Of a DNA stretch of 64,000 bases, positions 24,861 to 39,800 are shown in pieces. Within the stretch, counting starts at the first letter, position 1, and each line of letters starts with the position of its first letter. The notes under the pieces were generated by a model that saw nothing but the letters and a program-made list of their open reading frames with translations, had not been told where the DNA came from and ran no database searches. The translations under genes and the position numbers were made by a program. This DNA comes from Squalus acanthias (lineage: Eukaryota). The DNA lies in the NCBI GenBank assembly GCA_030390025.1, contig CM059433.1:6138001-6202000 (forward strand), in the 5' to 3' direction.

Positions 24861-27800
24861 CAGGTTAACATAGGAGCAGGAGTGAGCCATTTGGCCCCTC
24901 GAGCCTGCTCCGCCATTCAATAAGATCATGACTGATCTTCTACCTCATCTCCACTTTCCTGAACTATCCCCAGATCACTTAATATTCAAAAATCTATCGA
25001 TCTCTGTCTTGTGTATATACTCAACGACTGAGCATCCACAGCCCTCTGGGATAGTGAATTCCAAAGATTCACCACCCTCTGAGTGAAGGAATTTCTCCTC
25101 CTCTCAGTGCTAAATGGCCGGCCCCTTATTCTGAGACTGTGACCCCTGGTTCTAGACTCCCCAGCCAGGGGAAACATCCTCCCTGCATCTACCCTGTCAA
25201 GCCCTGTAAGAATTTTGTATGGTTCAATGAGATCACCTCTCATTCTTCTAAACTCTAGAGAATATAGGCCTAGGCTACTCAATCTGTCCTCATAGGACAA
25301 TCCCCTCATCCAAGGAACCAGTCTGGTGAATCTTTGTTGCACTCCCTCTATGGCAAGTATATCCTTCCTTAGGTAAGGAGACCAAAACTGTACACAATAC
25401 TCCAGGTGTGGTCTCACCAGGGCCCTATATAATTGCAGTAAGACATCTTTACTCTTATACTCAAATCCTCTTGTAATAAAGGCCAACATACCATTTGCTT
25501 TCCTAATTGGTGGTGGCTCTCAGGGCAGCCCCACTCCAGCAGGGACTGTCGAAGGAGATGTTGCACTGCAGCCTCGGCTGGCTGGAGCTTAAAGATCTCA
25601 CGGCACTCTCTGCGGAAGAGCAGGGGAGTCCTCCTGGTGTTAGGGCCGATCTTTATCTCTGCAATGGGGGAGCGATTTTGCTGTGCGCAAATTGGCCGCC
25701 ACATTTGCCCACAAACCAGCAGTGACTGCACTTCAAGGGTAATTCATTGGCAGTAAACCAGCATCCTCATTGCTAGAGGGATAGAATTGAAAAGCAGAGA
25801 AGTTATGTTAAACTTTTATCGAACCTTGGTTAGACCGCACTTGGAGTACTGCTTACAATTCTGGGCTCCATATTATGAAAAGGATATAGAGGCACTGGAG
25901 AGGTTGCAAAAAAGCTGGAATGATACCAGAAATGCGAGTGTGAGGTTATACCTATCAGTAAAGGATGAACAGGCTGTGGGACTCTTTTTTTTCTCTCTCT
26001 AGAAAAAAGACTGAGGTGTGACCTGATAGAGGTCTTTTAAGATTATGAACGGGTTTGATAGGGTAGAGGGAGAGAAGATGTTTCCACTTGCGGGCGAGAC
26101 CAGAACTAGGGGCCATAAATATAAGATAGTCACTATTAAATCCAGTAGGGAATTCAGGAGAAACTTCTTTACCCAGAGAGTGGTTAGAATGTGGAACTCG
26201 CTACTACGTGGTTGAGGTGACTAGCATAGACGTATTTAAGGGGAAGCTAGATAAGTACATTAGGGAGAAAGGATATGTTGATGGGGTTAGATGAAGAAGA
26301 GTCTCATGGAGCATAAACACTGACGTGTACCAGTTGGACCGACTGGCCTGTTTCTGCGCTTTAAATACTATGTAGTACCACACGGTAGAAGTGCAAGTTC
26401 ATTCATCCCTTTTCACTTGTCCTCCTGAACCACTAGGTGTCAAATCAAGTAGCTGATGGAACTTTGCTTCTTTTTAAAAATTTGTTCTTGTGACGTGGGC
26501 AGTGCTACCAAAGGAATTATTATTGTCTATCCCTAGCTGCCCTGAGGAGATAGTGGTGGACCCTGTCCTTAAAAACACACACTCTATACTGCGGAGTTCC
26601 AGGATTTTGAAGAACATACGAACTAGGAGCAGGAGTGGGCCACTCGGCCCTTCAAGCCTGCTCCGCCATTCAATAAGATCATGGCTGAAACCATTACTCC
26701 ACATTCCCGCCTACCCCCGATAACTTTTCACCCCCTTGCTTACTAAGAATGTATCTACCTCTGCCTTAAAAATATTCAAAGACTCTGCCTCCACCGCCCT
26801 CTGAGGAAGAGAGTTCCAAAGATTCACGACCCTCCTGGGAGAAAAAATTTCTCCTCATCTGTCTTAAATGGGCGACCCCTTATTGTTAAACAGTGACCCC
26901 TAGTTCTCGATTCTCCCACAAGAGGCAACATCCTCTCCACATCCACCCTGTCCAGACCCCTCAGGATCTTATGTTTCAATCAAGTCACCTCTTACTCTTC
27001 TAAACTCCAGCGGATACAAGCCTAGCCTGTCCAACCTTTCCTCATAAGACAACCCGCCCATTCCAGGTATTGGTCTAGTAAACCTTCTCTAAACTGCTTC
27101 CAACGCATTTACATCCTTCCTTAAATAAGGAGACCAATACCGTACACAGTACTCCAGATGTGGTCTCACCAATGCCCTGTATAACTGAAGCATAACCTCC
27201 CTACTTTTGTAGTCAATTCCCCTCGCAATAAATGATAACATTCTATTAGCTTTCCTAATTACTTGCTGTACCTGTATAGTAACCTTTTGCGATTTATGCA
27301 TTAGAACACCCAGATCCCTCTGCATCTGAGAGCTCTGCAATCTCTCACCATTTAGATAATATGCTTTTTTATTCTTCCTGCCAAAATGGACTTCACATTT
27401 TCCCACATTATACTCCATTTGCCAGATCTTTGCCCACTCACTTAACTTATCTATATCCCTTTGTAGCCTCCTTATATCCTCTTCACAATTTACTTTCCTA
27501 CCTATCTTTGTGTCATCAGCAAATTTAGCAACCATACCTTCGTTCCCTTCATCCAAGTCATTTATATAAATTGTAAAAAGTTGAGGTCCCAGCACTGATC
27601 CCTGTGGCACACCACTCGTTACATCTTGCTAATCAGAAAATGACCCATTTATGCCTACTCTCTGTTTCCTGTTAGCTAGCCACTCTTCTATCCATGCCAA
27701 TATGTTACCCCCTACACCGTGAGCTTTTATTTTCCGCAATAACCTTTGATGTGGCATCTTATCAAATGCCTTCTGGAAATCTAAGTACAGTACATCCACT

Positions 27801-30800
27801 GGTTCCCCTTTATCCACAGCACATGTTACTTCCTCAAAGAACTCCAATAAATTGGTTAAACATGATTTCCCTTGCACAAATCTATGTTGACTCTGCCTGA
27901 TTACTTTGAACTTTTCTAAGTGCCCTGCTATAACGTCTTTAATAATAGCTTCTAACATCTTCCCTATGGCAGTATATGTCCAATTTGGCACAGTGTGACT
28001 TGGCATTCCCATGATGATGCTGCTCTTGTCCTTCTTGATGGTAAAGGTTGTGGGTCTGGGAGGTGCTGTCATAATAAGCTGGGTGAGTTGCTGCAGATAG
28101 CACATACTGCAGCCACAGTGTGCCAGTGGTGGAGGGGGTGGATTTTGAGCCAATCAACTGGACTGCTCGGAGCCTCGTGTTGTGGCTGCACCTGCCTAGG
28201 TGAGCATTCTGTCACACTCCTGACTTGAGCATTGTAGCTGGTTGAGGAGTCTGGATGGGAGCCCATTGTCGCAATGTACTCAGTCTTTGCACTGCTCCTG
28301 TAGCCACTGTGATTTGGATGGTTCAGTTAAGCTTCTGGTTTCCCCCCCAGGCTATGACCATCTTGTGTGTGTGTGTGTCAGGTATGATCTCAGCCACTGG
28401 AGGATTTTTCCACTTGGACCCCATTGACTTCAGTTTGCTAGGACTTGGTGCCAAACGTGGTTGAATACTTATTTGATGTTGAGGGCAGCTTTTCTCCCTT
28501 CACCTCTGGCATTCAGCTCTTGTGTCCATGTCTAGATCAAGGCTATGACACGGTCTGGGACTGAGCAGTTTTGGTGGAACTTGTACTAAGCAGCAGTGTA
28601 CAGGTTATTGTTGAGTATGTATTGCTTGATGGCACTGTTGATGACTCCTTCCATCAGTTTCCTGATGATTGGGAAGAGGCTTATTGAGCTGTATTTTCTA
28701 GGTGAGATTTGGTCTTTATTTTTCCTGGATAGGATGCACCTGGGCAATTTTCCACATTGTCTGGAAGATGCCAGTATCATAGCTGCATTGGGATAGCATG
28801 GGCACTTGGAACGAATGTTCCCTTTTAAGCTGCGCGGACATGCAAAGCTTTGCTGGTCCCGCACAGCCGGTGACCCGGCTTTTAAATAGAAAAACAGCAC
28901 TTGCGTGGAATTTTGAATGGCCCGTGCAACCTGTTAAGGGGCCGCGCAGGCCAAAAGAAAATTAGGGAAAATTGCTTGGCACATGTGGCTGAAGACATTT
29001 GGAAACACTACAGCTTTGTCTCGTTCAGCAATGTGCCGTAGTTGAGGATGAGGATGTTCATGGAGCCTCCTTTGCTTGTTTGTCCAACACACTACTTGAC
29101 TGGATGCAATAGGGCTATAGAACTTTGCTCTGATCCATTGCTTGTGGGACCACTTAGCTCTGTCTCTAGTCTGCTGCTTTTTATGTTTAGCATACAGGTA
29201 GCACTGTACTGCATCTTCACTAGGTGGTACCTCATTCTAAGTTCTTGTTCAGTGCATCCAAAACTTGCATATAGGATACTGCGGGATTCCGACCAGGATT
29301 TTGGTGCAGCTCAACCGTGTGATGCTGCTTGCCCTATTTTTTTCCCCCCTCGAATTTTCTTCCTGTTCATTTGCCCGTCCAGGTGAATGAAAAGATCCTA
29401 TGGCCCTCTTGGAGGGGTCTCTCACCGCTTGGCTTTTGTGTGATTGGGACGTCACCTGAATTTTTTTTACTTCATTCATGGGATGTGGGTGTCGCTGTCA
29501 AAGCCAGCATTTATTGTCCATCCCTAATTGCTCTTGAGAAGGTGGTGGTGAGCCGCCGTCTTGAATCGCTGCAGCCCGTGTGGTGAAGGTACTCCCACAG
29601 TGCTGTTAGGGAGGGAGCTCCAGGATTTTGACCCAGTGACGATGAAGATTCGGCGATATATTTCTAAGTCAGGATGGTGGGGAACTTGAAGGTGATGGTG
29701 TTCCCATGCGCCTGCTGCCCTTGTCCTTCTAGGTTGTAGCGGTTGTGGATTTGGGAGGTGCTGCTGAAGAAGCCTTGGCGAGTTGCTGCAGTGCATCTTG
29801 TAGATGGTACACACTACAGTCACGGTGCACCGGTGGTGGAGGGAGTGAATGTTTAAGGTGGTGGATGGGGTGCCAGTCAAGTGGGCTGCTTTGTCCTGGA
29901 TGGTGTCGAGCTTCTTGTGGTGTTGGAGCTTCACTCATCCAGGCAAGTGGAGAGTATTCCATCACACTGCTGACTTGTGCCTTGTAGATGGTGGAAAGGC
30001 TTTGGGGAGTAAGGAGGTGAGACGCAGAATACCTAGCCTCTGACCTGCTCTTGTAGCCACAGTGTTTATGGGGCTGGTCCAGTTAAGTTTCTGGTCAATG
30101 GTGACCCCCAGGATGTTGATGGTGGGGGATTCGGTGATGGTAATGCCGTTGAATGTCAAGGGGCGGTGGTTAGACTCTCGCTTGTTGAAGATAGTGGGTG
30201 CCTGGCACTTAAGTGGCAAGTAACATTCGCACCACAGATCAGCCCAAGCCTGAATGTCGTCCAGGTCTTGCTGCATGCAGGCATGGACTGCTTCATTATC
30301 TGAGGAGTTGCGAATGGAACTGGACACTCTGCAATCATCAGCGAACATCCCTACTTCTGACCTTCTGATGGAGGCATGGTCATTGATGAAGCAGCTAAAG
30401 ATGGTTGGGCCTAGGATACTGCCCTGAGGAATCCTGCAGCGAAGTCCTGGGGCTGAGATGATTGACCTCCAACAACCACAACCACTTTCCTTTGTGCTAG
30501 GTATGACTCCAGCCAGTGGAGAGTTTTCCCCCGATTACCATTGACATCAATTTTACAAGGGCTTCTTGATGCCACACTCGGTCAAATGCTGCCTTGATGT
30601 CAAGGGCAAGCACTCTCATCTCGCCTCTGGAATTCAGCTCTTTTGTCCATGTTTGGACCAAGGCTGTAATGAGGACTGGAGCCGAGTGGTCCTGGCGGAA
30701 CCCAAACTGAGCATCGGTGAGCAGGCTATTGGTGAGTAAGTGCCGCTTGATATCACTGTCGACGACACCTTCCATCGCTTTGCTGATGATTGAGAGTAGA

Positions 30801-33800
30801 CTGATGGGGCGGTAATTAGCCGGATTGGATTTTTTCTGCTTTGTGTACAGGACATGCCTGGGCAGTTTTCCACATTGTCGTATAGATGTCCGTGTTGTAG
30901 CTGTACTGGAACAGCTTGCCTAGATCCGCAGCTAGTTCTGGAGCACAAGTCTTCAGCACGACAGCCGGGATGTTGTTGGCATCTCATTTTTAGGTATGCT
31001 TGGTGCTACTCCTGGCTTGCTCTTCTGCACTCCTCATTGAATCAGGGTTGGCCCCCTGGCTTGTTGATGGTAATGGTAACGTGAGGGATATGTCGGGCCA
31101 TGAGTTTACAGATTGTGGTGGAATATACTGCTGCTGCTGGCCTACAGCGCCTCATGGATGCCCAGTTTTGAGCTGCTAGATCTGTTCTGAATCTATCCCA
31201 TTTGGCATGGTGTTAGTGCCACACATGATGGAGCGTGTCCTTGGTGTGAAGATGGGATTTTGTCTCCACAAGGACTCTGCGGTGGTCAGTGCTACCAGTA
31301 CTGCATCTGCGACAGGTAGATTGGTGAGGACGAGGTCAAGTAGGTTTTTCCCCTCGTGTTGGTTCTCTAGCTACCTGCCGCAGTCCTAGTCTGGCAGCTA
31401 CGTCCTTCAGGACTCGGCCAGCTTGGTCAGTAGTGGAGCTACCAAGCCACTCTTGGTGATGGCCATTGTAGTCCCCCACCCAGAGTACATTCATTCTGTG
31501 CCCTTGCTACCCTCAGTGCTTCTTCCAAGTGGTGTACAACATGGAGTAGTACTGATTCATCAGCTGAGGGAGGGCAGTAGGTGGTAATCAGCAGGAGGTT
31601 TCCTTGTCCATGCTTGACCTGAAACCATGAGACATCATGGGGTCTGGAGTCAATGTTGAGGACTCCCAGGGCCACTCCTTCCTGACTATGTGCCACCACC
31701 TCTTGTGGGTCTGTCCTGCCCAGGTATGATGATGGAGTCTGGGACATTGGCTGAAAGGTATGACTAAGCCAGGCTGTTGGACAGTTCTCTCATATTTGTT
31801 CCCAGATGTTGGTGAGGAGGACTTTGCAGGGTCGACTGGGCTAGGTGTGCCGTTGTCGTGTTCGAAGCTGGTGCTGAGGTTGATGCCGGGTGGTCTGTCC
31901 GGTTTTATTCTTATTGTTTTTCGTAGCGGTTTGTTACAACTGAGTGGCTTGCTAGGCCATTTCAGAAGGCAGTTAAGAGTCAACCACATTGCTGTGGGTC
32001 AGACCAGGCAGATTTCCTTCCCTAAAGTAAATTAGTGAACCAGATGAGTTTTTATGACACTCCGATAGTTTCATGGTCACCATCACTGATACTATCTTTT
32101 TATTCTAGATTTATTTAATTAACTGAATTTAAATTCCCCAGCTGCCATGTTGGGGTTTGAACTCGTGACTCTGCATCCTTAGTCCAGTAACATAACCACT
32201 CTGCTACCATTCTCGTATAATACCACTTTTACATTAGTTGGCACTGAAAACCACTTCACCTTGACTTGAAAGTGTTGCACCCTTAAGCAACAATTATTTT
32301 CTTTACTTTTGCTTTGATGTAAAGCAGCAGTCTAATTGTGGAGTCTGGTCGCAATCTGACTCTTGAGCAGTGAAGCAAAGAGTTGTGCAACTACCTCTAG
32401 CAGGTAGTGTTTTTTAAAAAAAAAACTGTTTTGCAGCAGGATAATCTAACTCCAGCTCCATGCAAAGCTCTTGCATAGTAACCACATCTAATCTACGTTG
32501 GAGAAAACAGATAAGAAAAGCTGGCAGAAGAGAGGGAATCCCCACCAAAGCATAACTTTATTTCCCCACTTGCAGCTTCAGTGTTATGTGAAGCCTGTCT
32601 GCTGATCAATAGAAATTTGTAACTATTTGGCTATGCAGAAAGCCAATCTTTTCTTCTGGACTCAATGCACTAGACAGCCATGTAAAAGCATTGCATTTGA
32701 GGAAGGCCTGCAGTATGGTACAACCCACCCTCACCAACTTTGAAGTGCTCTGGCTGGGTTGTCAGTCCTGTATCAGGTTATGACCATATCAATACCACTG
32801 GTGTTGCTAACATACAAACCAAACCCTCTTGTTGTGCCTCAGGACTCTGTAGAATCTTCAAGGTTTGCATACAGTACTGACACTAGAGTACTAGTGAGGA
32901 AGCCTTGTACACCAATTCTCCTGTTTGCAAAATGCTCCCATACAGTGTCATCACCTAGAGAGCTGTCTCTTGTACACAGAAGTTTGAAGATGGAGGTTAC
33001 CTTCATTTGTGCAATAAATCTGCTGGAGAATAGATTGATTTGCCTGTTGGTACCTCAGCACAACCTCTGAGTATTTCTGTTCTTCCCAACAACCACGTGG
33101 ATAAATTTCACAGTATATCTGGACTATCTGTTATCGCCTGTCACTGAATTGTTATGCCCTAAACAAAAGCACTCTGGCAGCAGATTTTTAGAAAAATGTT
33201 GTTGAGGTGTATATTGTGTATACAGTACAACAAAAATTGTTGCCTATATATTTGACATGGAATGCTATAATAATGGTTTATAATGTCATCCAAATCCTAG
33301 GATAATTTAATTGTTTTTGGGTATAGCTTATTCTGCAAAACCCCTGCATCTGTAGAGAGTACATTATCCACTGCAGTCAGCTATGTGTGTGTTTGTATGT
33401 GCCTTTTGCTTTTACTAATACACCACTAATCTCTAAAGTTAAACTGAGAATGTTCCAACTTCAACAACCATGCAGAAATAACTTGTGATATTACAGTGTG
33501 TCACTGCAGTCTTTTTGTACAACACAAGTTGAAAAGGGTGTGCATAACTCATGTACTTGCAGCACTCCGGAGTTATGTGACTGTCTTTTTTTTTTGTAAA
33601 TCGCCATCTCTTGATGTGTCCATAAATGCCTCTAGCTCCTGTAATTGTAGCACAGCAACTATATGCAAATGCAATTTTTAAAATTAAAAAAAGTTTCAGA
33701 AGTGCTGAGTGAATTTCAGTAAATTCTGTTAATTTAAATTTAGGCTTATTGAAGTAAAACATAGTTTATGAAAATTAAATTGAAAGTTGATCATGGTGAG

Positions 33801-36800
33801 ATCAAAATCAACATTGAATTTTTCACTGCTGTGACAGTTCCATGAGGGTGTTGCATTTCAGTCTAGTTCTGTAGTGCCCCTGCATCTAAATCTGCCAGGT
33901 GCTGATGCAACTGACTCCAGTAATCATGTCAATAGAGGGTGCATGGTAAAGTGATGGTTTACCAAAAAATAAAATGGTAAGTAGCACAATTGAATACCTG
34001 GCAGGTGGTCTGGTTTACGATGGCGATTAAACAAGTAGTTTATTTTCATTCCCATACTTGCGCTGTTCTGCTTTTACAATTTCAGTTGCAGTTTTCTTTA
34101 AAAATTTATATTGGGCCATAATTTACCATAATGAGAAGTCGCACAACACCAGGTTATAGTCCAACAGTTTTATTTAAAATTACGAGCTTTCGGAGCTGCT
34201 GCCCCTTTGTCAGGTAGAGGTACAGTGAGGGAATCTAATACACAGTATTGTGGCCACAGCTCAGCATTTGAAAATGTTCTGTTCTTGTTGCAGATTTCCA
34301 ATATTTGTTTTTAATCTCAAATAACTTTTTTTATCCCCCACCAACCCCAGCATTGCATTTATATTGATTTCCACATGCATTGTCAGATTTTGTTTAACGG
34401 TATTTACGGAAGCATGTGTTGAGACAATAGATTTGTTTGTAATTGTCTGTTATTAATATTGCTCACGAATGAAACTATTGGTTTATTGTGTGGGACCGAG
34501 AGGAAGGTTATGAGATCAGAGATTTGCTGGAGTCCACATTTGGGGTGGAATTGAGTTGAGTTGTTAATCTGTACCACATTGGAGGAAATAATGTCATGTA
34601 GGCCTCCAGGAAGGTAATATTTCTTGAGCTTTAAGTAGCGGTTGTACATTACTCGCTTTGACTAACCTATAACTAGTAAGGTTTTTTCTGGATGCTAAAT
34701 TAAACACTTGGCTTAGTTGGGTATGTTTTAACAGTTGCATCGTACATTTTGAATGCTATGTAAAGTAGCTGTTTAGTTTCCATTGAAAATTCAATGGAGT
34801 AAGGAATGTCATTTAGGTCAAAATACACTCTGGCACTGGGAAAGACCTCTGACATTAGGAATGGTACTTTTTAAAACTTTGAGTAAGTCCTTGCTTGTGA
34901 AGTGCTGAGTAGTTAACCATTTGATCATTGGAATTTTTTTAAACTGCCTAGCATGTGCAAAATATCTGCAATGCCAAGTGTGCTGAGATACAGAAAGTTA
35001 TAGAAAGAAACAAAGTTAGGTGTGTGCTTGACATTTTTGTAGGGTTGTGAAGGCTCTCCAAAAAATGTAGCTCTAGTGATGCATCTCAACACGGGCTACT
35101 GTATGGTTGGCAAAGCTTTAACAATTAGCTGCAATCTTAAGCCCTGTATTTGAGTGTCGGTTTTTTTTAAGTTTCAGAAGTTGACTTTTTTATTAACTTT
35201 TGTAGAATGATCCATGTGGCCAGATGATTATGTAGTCACATCACCTCCAAGAACTTCAAATATCTATTGTCTGACCTATAACTGTAGCTGCATTTCTTTA
35301 AATTTTTATTTTCGTTTCAGTGGCTTTCAGATAGAAAAAAGAGAACTTTACAGAAGAATGATGTTGGTGAGTACAAGATTCAGACCAAATTTTTAATCAC
35401 AACCCATTGAAATGTGATTTTTAATGTAATATTTTAGAGCCATCACTTTTTTTCTGTTTACACATGGCAGCATTTTTAAGCTGCTTCCATGGCATTGCTT
35501 ATGGAGAGTCTGAGATCAGACAGGTCTGGAGCCTGATTGTGATGTTCAGTTAGTAAGATGGGACTGTGCTTAACCTGGCCTGCCTCTTTAATGCTGAAGT
35601 ACTTCCTTTGGGGAAGGAGTCTAAATACGCTTATCCCTGAGGTCAGTTGGTGATGCTTGATTTTGGAGCTTCTAGTTAGGACTTGCAACTAGGAGGTATA
35701 GAATCATAGAAATTTACAGCACAGAAGGAGGCCATTCGACCCATTGTGTCTGTGCCGGCCGACAAAGAGCTATCCAGCCTAATCCCACTTTCCAGCTCTT
35801 GGTACGTAGCCCTGTAGGTTACAGCACTTCAGGTGCATATTCAAGTACTTTTTAAATGTGATGAGGGTTTCTGCCTCTACCACCCTTTCAGGCAGTGAGT
35901 TCCAGAACCCCACCACCCTCTGGGTGAAAAAAGATCCCCTCAACTCCTCTCTAATCCTTCTACCAATTACTTTAACTGGTCCCTGGTTATTGACCTCTCT
36001 GCTAGGGGAAATAGGTCCTTCCTATCCACTCTATCTAGTCCCCTCATAATTTTATACACCTCAATTAAGTCTTCCCTCGGCCTCCTCTGTTCCAAAGAAA
36101 ACCACACCAGCCTATCCAATCTTTCCTCCTAGCTAAAATTTTCCAGTCCTGGTAACATCCTCGTAAATCTCCTCTGTACCCTCTCGTGCAATCACATCTT
36201 TCCTGTAATGTGGTGACCAGAACTGTATGCAGTATTCTAGCTGTGGACTAACTAGTGTTTTATAGAGTTCAAGCATAACCTCCCTGCTCTTGTATTCTGT
36301 GCCTCGGCTAATAAAAGAAAGTATCCCGTATGCCTTCTTAACCACCTTACCTACCTATCCTGCTACCTTCAGGGATCTGTGGACATGCACTCCATGTCTC
36401 AACCACAGATTTGTAAAATTAATAGGCAAGTTTAATTGTGATGGAAATAGCCTGGCAGAAGGAAATGATTGTTACTTGACAGGAAGTGTATGCAGATGCA
36501 AAACTTTTAACATGTATATTACTTGATCAGTTGTAACATTGAGCATGGCTAGTCCAGAACGAGTGTAGTCTTCAGGTGAAATGGTAGTTACTGGGCAGGG
36601 TCTAGTTGGACCAAGGTGCGCATATGTAAGATTTTCAGACTCTTTATTTTTGTATGAGGCTTTGATTTGATATTTATAGTTTAAAAAATAGCAGAATTTG
36701 GGGCAATTTAGGAAGCCGAGAAGTAAAGTGGTGGGAGCATAGCATTTATGCTGCAGTACAGGGTGAGGAGCTGGGAGAAGCAAAATTAGGGCAATGGAGC

Positions 36801-39800
36801 ACCCTCATTGGGAGGATGCAATTGCAGTATGATACGTTTACATAAGTAGTTCTTATAAATACAGATATGGGAATTTATAATTGAGAAATAGTGTGATCAA
36901 AAGATGATTACACAAGGTTTCGGAGTCAGGAAGTGTGAACAAATGCAAGATTTTTAATGTGTGTATTAAAAAATAAAATCTGTGATGGGTGTACGCTCCC
37001 CTGATTATTCCCTTTTGTAAAGCACCTTGCAGCATCTTGAATGTTAAAGAAGCAGTATAACTGCAAGCTGTTACTCTTGTAGAAACAGGACTGGTATGTG
37101 TATATATTAGTAGGTCTCCCATGGTATTGGTAACAGATAGTATGGGACTTGGAGTTTGGTTTGGTGTTTACCAGGTTTCTCAGGCCCTGCTGGTGCCTTA
37201 GATACAACACTGGTTCAGACAACACCAATTCAGCATAATCAACACGTCACTGACTCGAGATAAAAACCATACACACCTTTTTGATACTGAAAGGTACAGG
37301 CCTCACTCATTTGTCTCTCAGGCTACTGTATAATATTTGTAATGCTATTTACACACCATTTTACAGAACTTGCTTAAGATGCCAGTAACTTTTTGTTCTT
37401 TCTGCCCAAAACCCTTCAATCCCAGTTATTTAACTTATTAAATGTATTTTTTTTTAACTCCCACAAAGAATTTCCAGGATCTGTGAGAAAATAGCAGTGG
37501 GTGGAGTAGGGCATCGGGATAATGCACAGGGGGGGGGGTGGGTGTGAAGACAGACTTGAAAGAGTGGAACAAAGCAGGATCAGGAGATTACTGAGTGGCA
37601 AGGGGCTCTAGTTTGGAGTTACCTTTAAACCGTCCTGCAATCCCACGCCCGACAGAAGAATGTTCTATGTGCCTGTGAACATCTTTAAAAGACCTCTGTA
37701 TAAAGTCTGCCCTCATTATTATTATTCTTCTTCTGACAGTTAAGTCCCAGGGTAGACAATCTTTCCTCATAACTCCGCCTCTAGGTTTAGGAATCATCCT
37801 TGTAATTCTTCTCTGTACGTTCTCCAATATTATACCCGTTTCCTGTAACACAGAGATCAAAATAAACATAATGCGTGAGATGCAGCCACACCAAGCCAGA
37901 TCAACTAAAAATAAGTTTCTCCTAAATCAATCACTTGCTGTCGGATACAGAAACTGATGATGACCCTCGGATCCTTCCTATTGGTACATTTGTCAGAGAT
38001 ATCTGTCTGTTTACCAATTCTACATTATAATTAATTACTTTGAGTCCTGAGAGAAGGAGTGGGGCATGGTTCAGGGAATTCAATAGTACATTATGGATGA
38101 CAAGCGATAACATACAATGTCAGATTTTTTTCAATTAGTAGCACTATATGATCTAACACTTCTTTTAAACCAGCAGTGCTAGGGGATATCAGCTGGTTGA
38201 TGTCTGGGAGCAAAAAACAAATATTTTTTTTCTCTCTAGATATACGACGAAGAATTGAGCTTATCCAGGACTTTGAGATGCCAACAGTTAGTACTACCAT
38301 TAAGGTTTCAAGAGATGGCCAGTATATCATTGCAACTGGTAAATTAAATGAATGTTTTATATGAACTTTTATTTCTCGTGCTTAATTGTTTCATTATTGG
38401 TCATCTTTCAACTTGGTTTATAAAAACCTCATGATGTACAGTATATAACTTTTCAACCATTATGGAGTAGTATTCTCAGTTAATTTGGTTTCTTGCTTTA
38501 TCTCCCAGTAAGATAAAGCAAAAAAAGGTAGTTAACATTTGTGTTTTTTTATTTTCTTTAAACTGCTATTTAGCTGAGTTTTATACAGCATTGAAATCTA
38601 TTAGATAGAAAATCCACCACTTGGTGCAGAAGACCACAATAAGACCAACAAATCTCCAGGAACAGGTTGTATTTATCCCAGAATTCTGAGGAAAAACTAG
38701 GGAGGATATGTGAGGTTCTGCCAATCATCAAGGGTGTCTGGACACTGGGCAGTACCAGTAGATTGGAAATGGGCTGTTTGGTGCCCATGTTCAAAAACGG
38801 TGACAAAACAGACAGGCAACTACAGACCCATCAGTCTTCTGTCCATTCCATGGAGGTTAGAAGAATGAGGGGTGATCTCATTGAAACATATAAGGTTCTG
38901 AGAGGACTTGACAGGGTAGATGCTGAGGTTTCCCCTGGCTGGAGAGTCTAGAACTAGGGGGCATAGTCTCAGGATAAGGGGTTGGCCTTTTAAGACTGAG
39001 ATGAGGAGAAATTTCTTCACTGAGGGTTATGAATCTTTGGAATTCTCTACCCCAGAGGGCTGTGGATGCTCAGTCGTTGAGTCTATTCATGGCTGAGATT
39101 TTTTTTTGGACTCTAGGGGAATCAAGGGATAGGGGAATCAAGGGATATGGCAATCGGGTGGGAAAGTGGAGTTGAGGTCGAAGATCAGCCACGATCTTAT
39201 TGAATGGTAGAGCAGGCTTGGGGGGGGGGGCCGTATGGCCTACTGCTAATTCTTATGTTCTTGTGTAAAATAATGGAATCGATTATCGGGATTAAACTTG
39301 AGGATCGTCTGCACAACAACCTAATTAACAGCAGTCAGTAAGGATTCAGAAGGGGACAATCCTGTCTGACTAAGCTCCTTGACTTCTTTGAGAAAGTGAC
39401 AACCCAAGTGGACTGGCAAGCTGTATGATGTGTATGTTTGATAAAAGTGCCACATAAGGGCTACTAATTAAGCTCAAAGCTGTGGGGATTCAGTGTAAAC
39501 TCTGGGAATGGATAAGAAGCTGGCTAAAGGCTAGGAGTGGGGTGGGAGCAGAGTGGGGTGTCTCCGGGCTGGGACCATGCTCTTTCTAATTCACATAAAT
39601 GACTTGGATTCAGAGGCTCATTACAGAGTGGCCAAATTTGCGCAAGACACCAAAACAGGAGGAGGAAATTGGAGAAGACAGGGCAGAAATTACAGAAGTA
39701 TTTGGACAAAACATGTAAGTGGGCTGAATAATGGCAGATGAAATTTAATGCTGAGGAGTGTAAACAACAATACTTTCATTTTATATAGTACCTTTTAATG

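Noticed and set aside
24159..24929. 256-aa antisense ORF and a polyQ ORF over the promoter
   Set aside because: GC-rich stop-poor CpG island, a (CAA)n microsatellite and a CR1 tail; no recognisable protein
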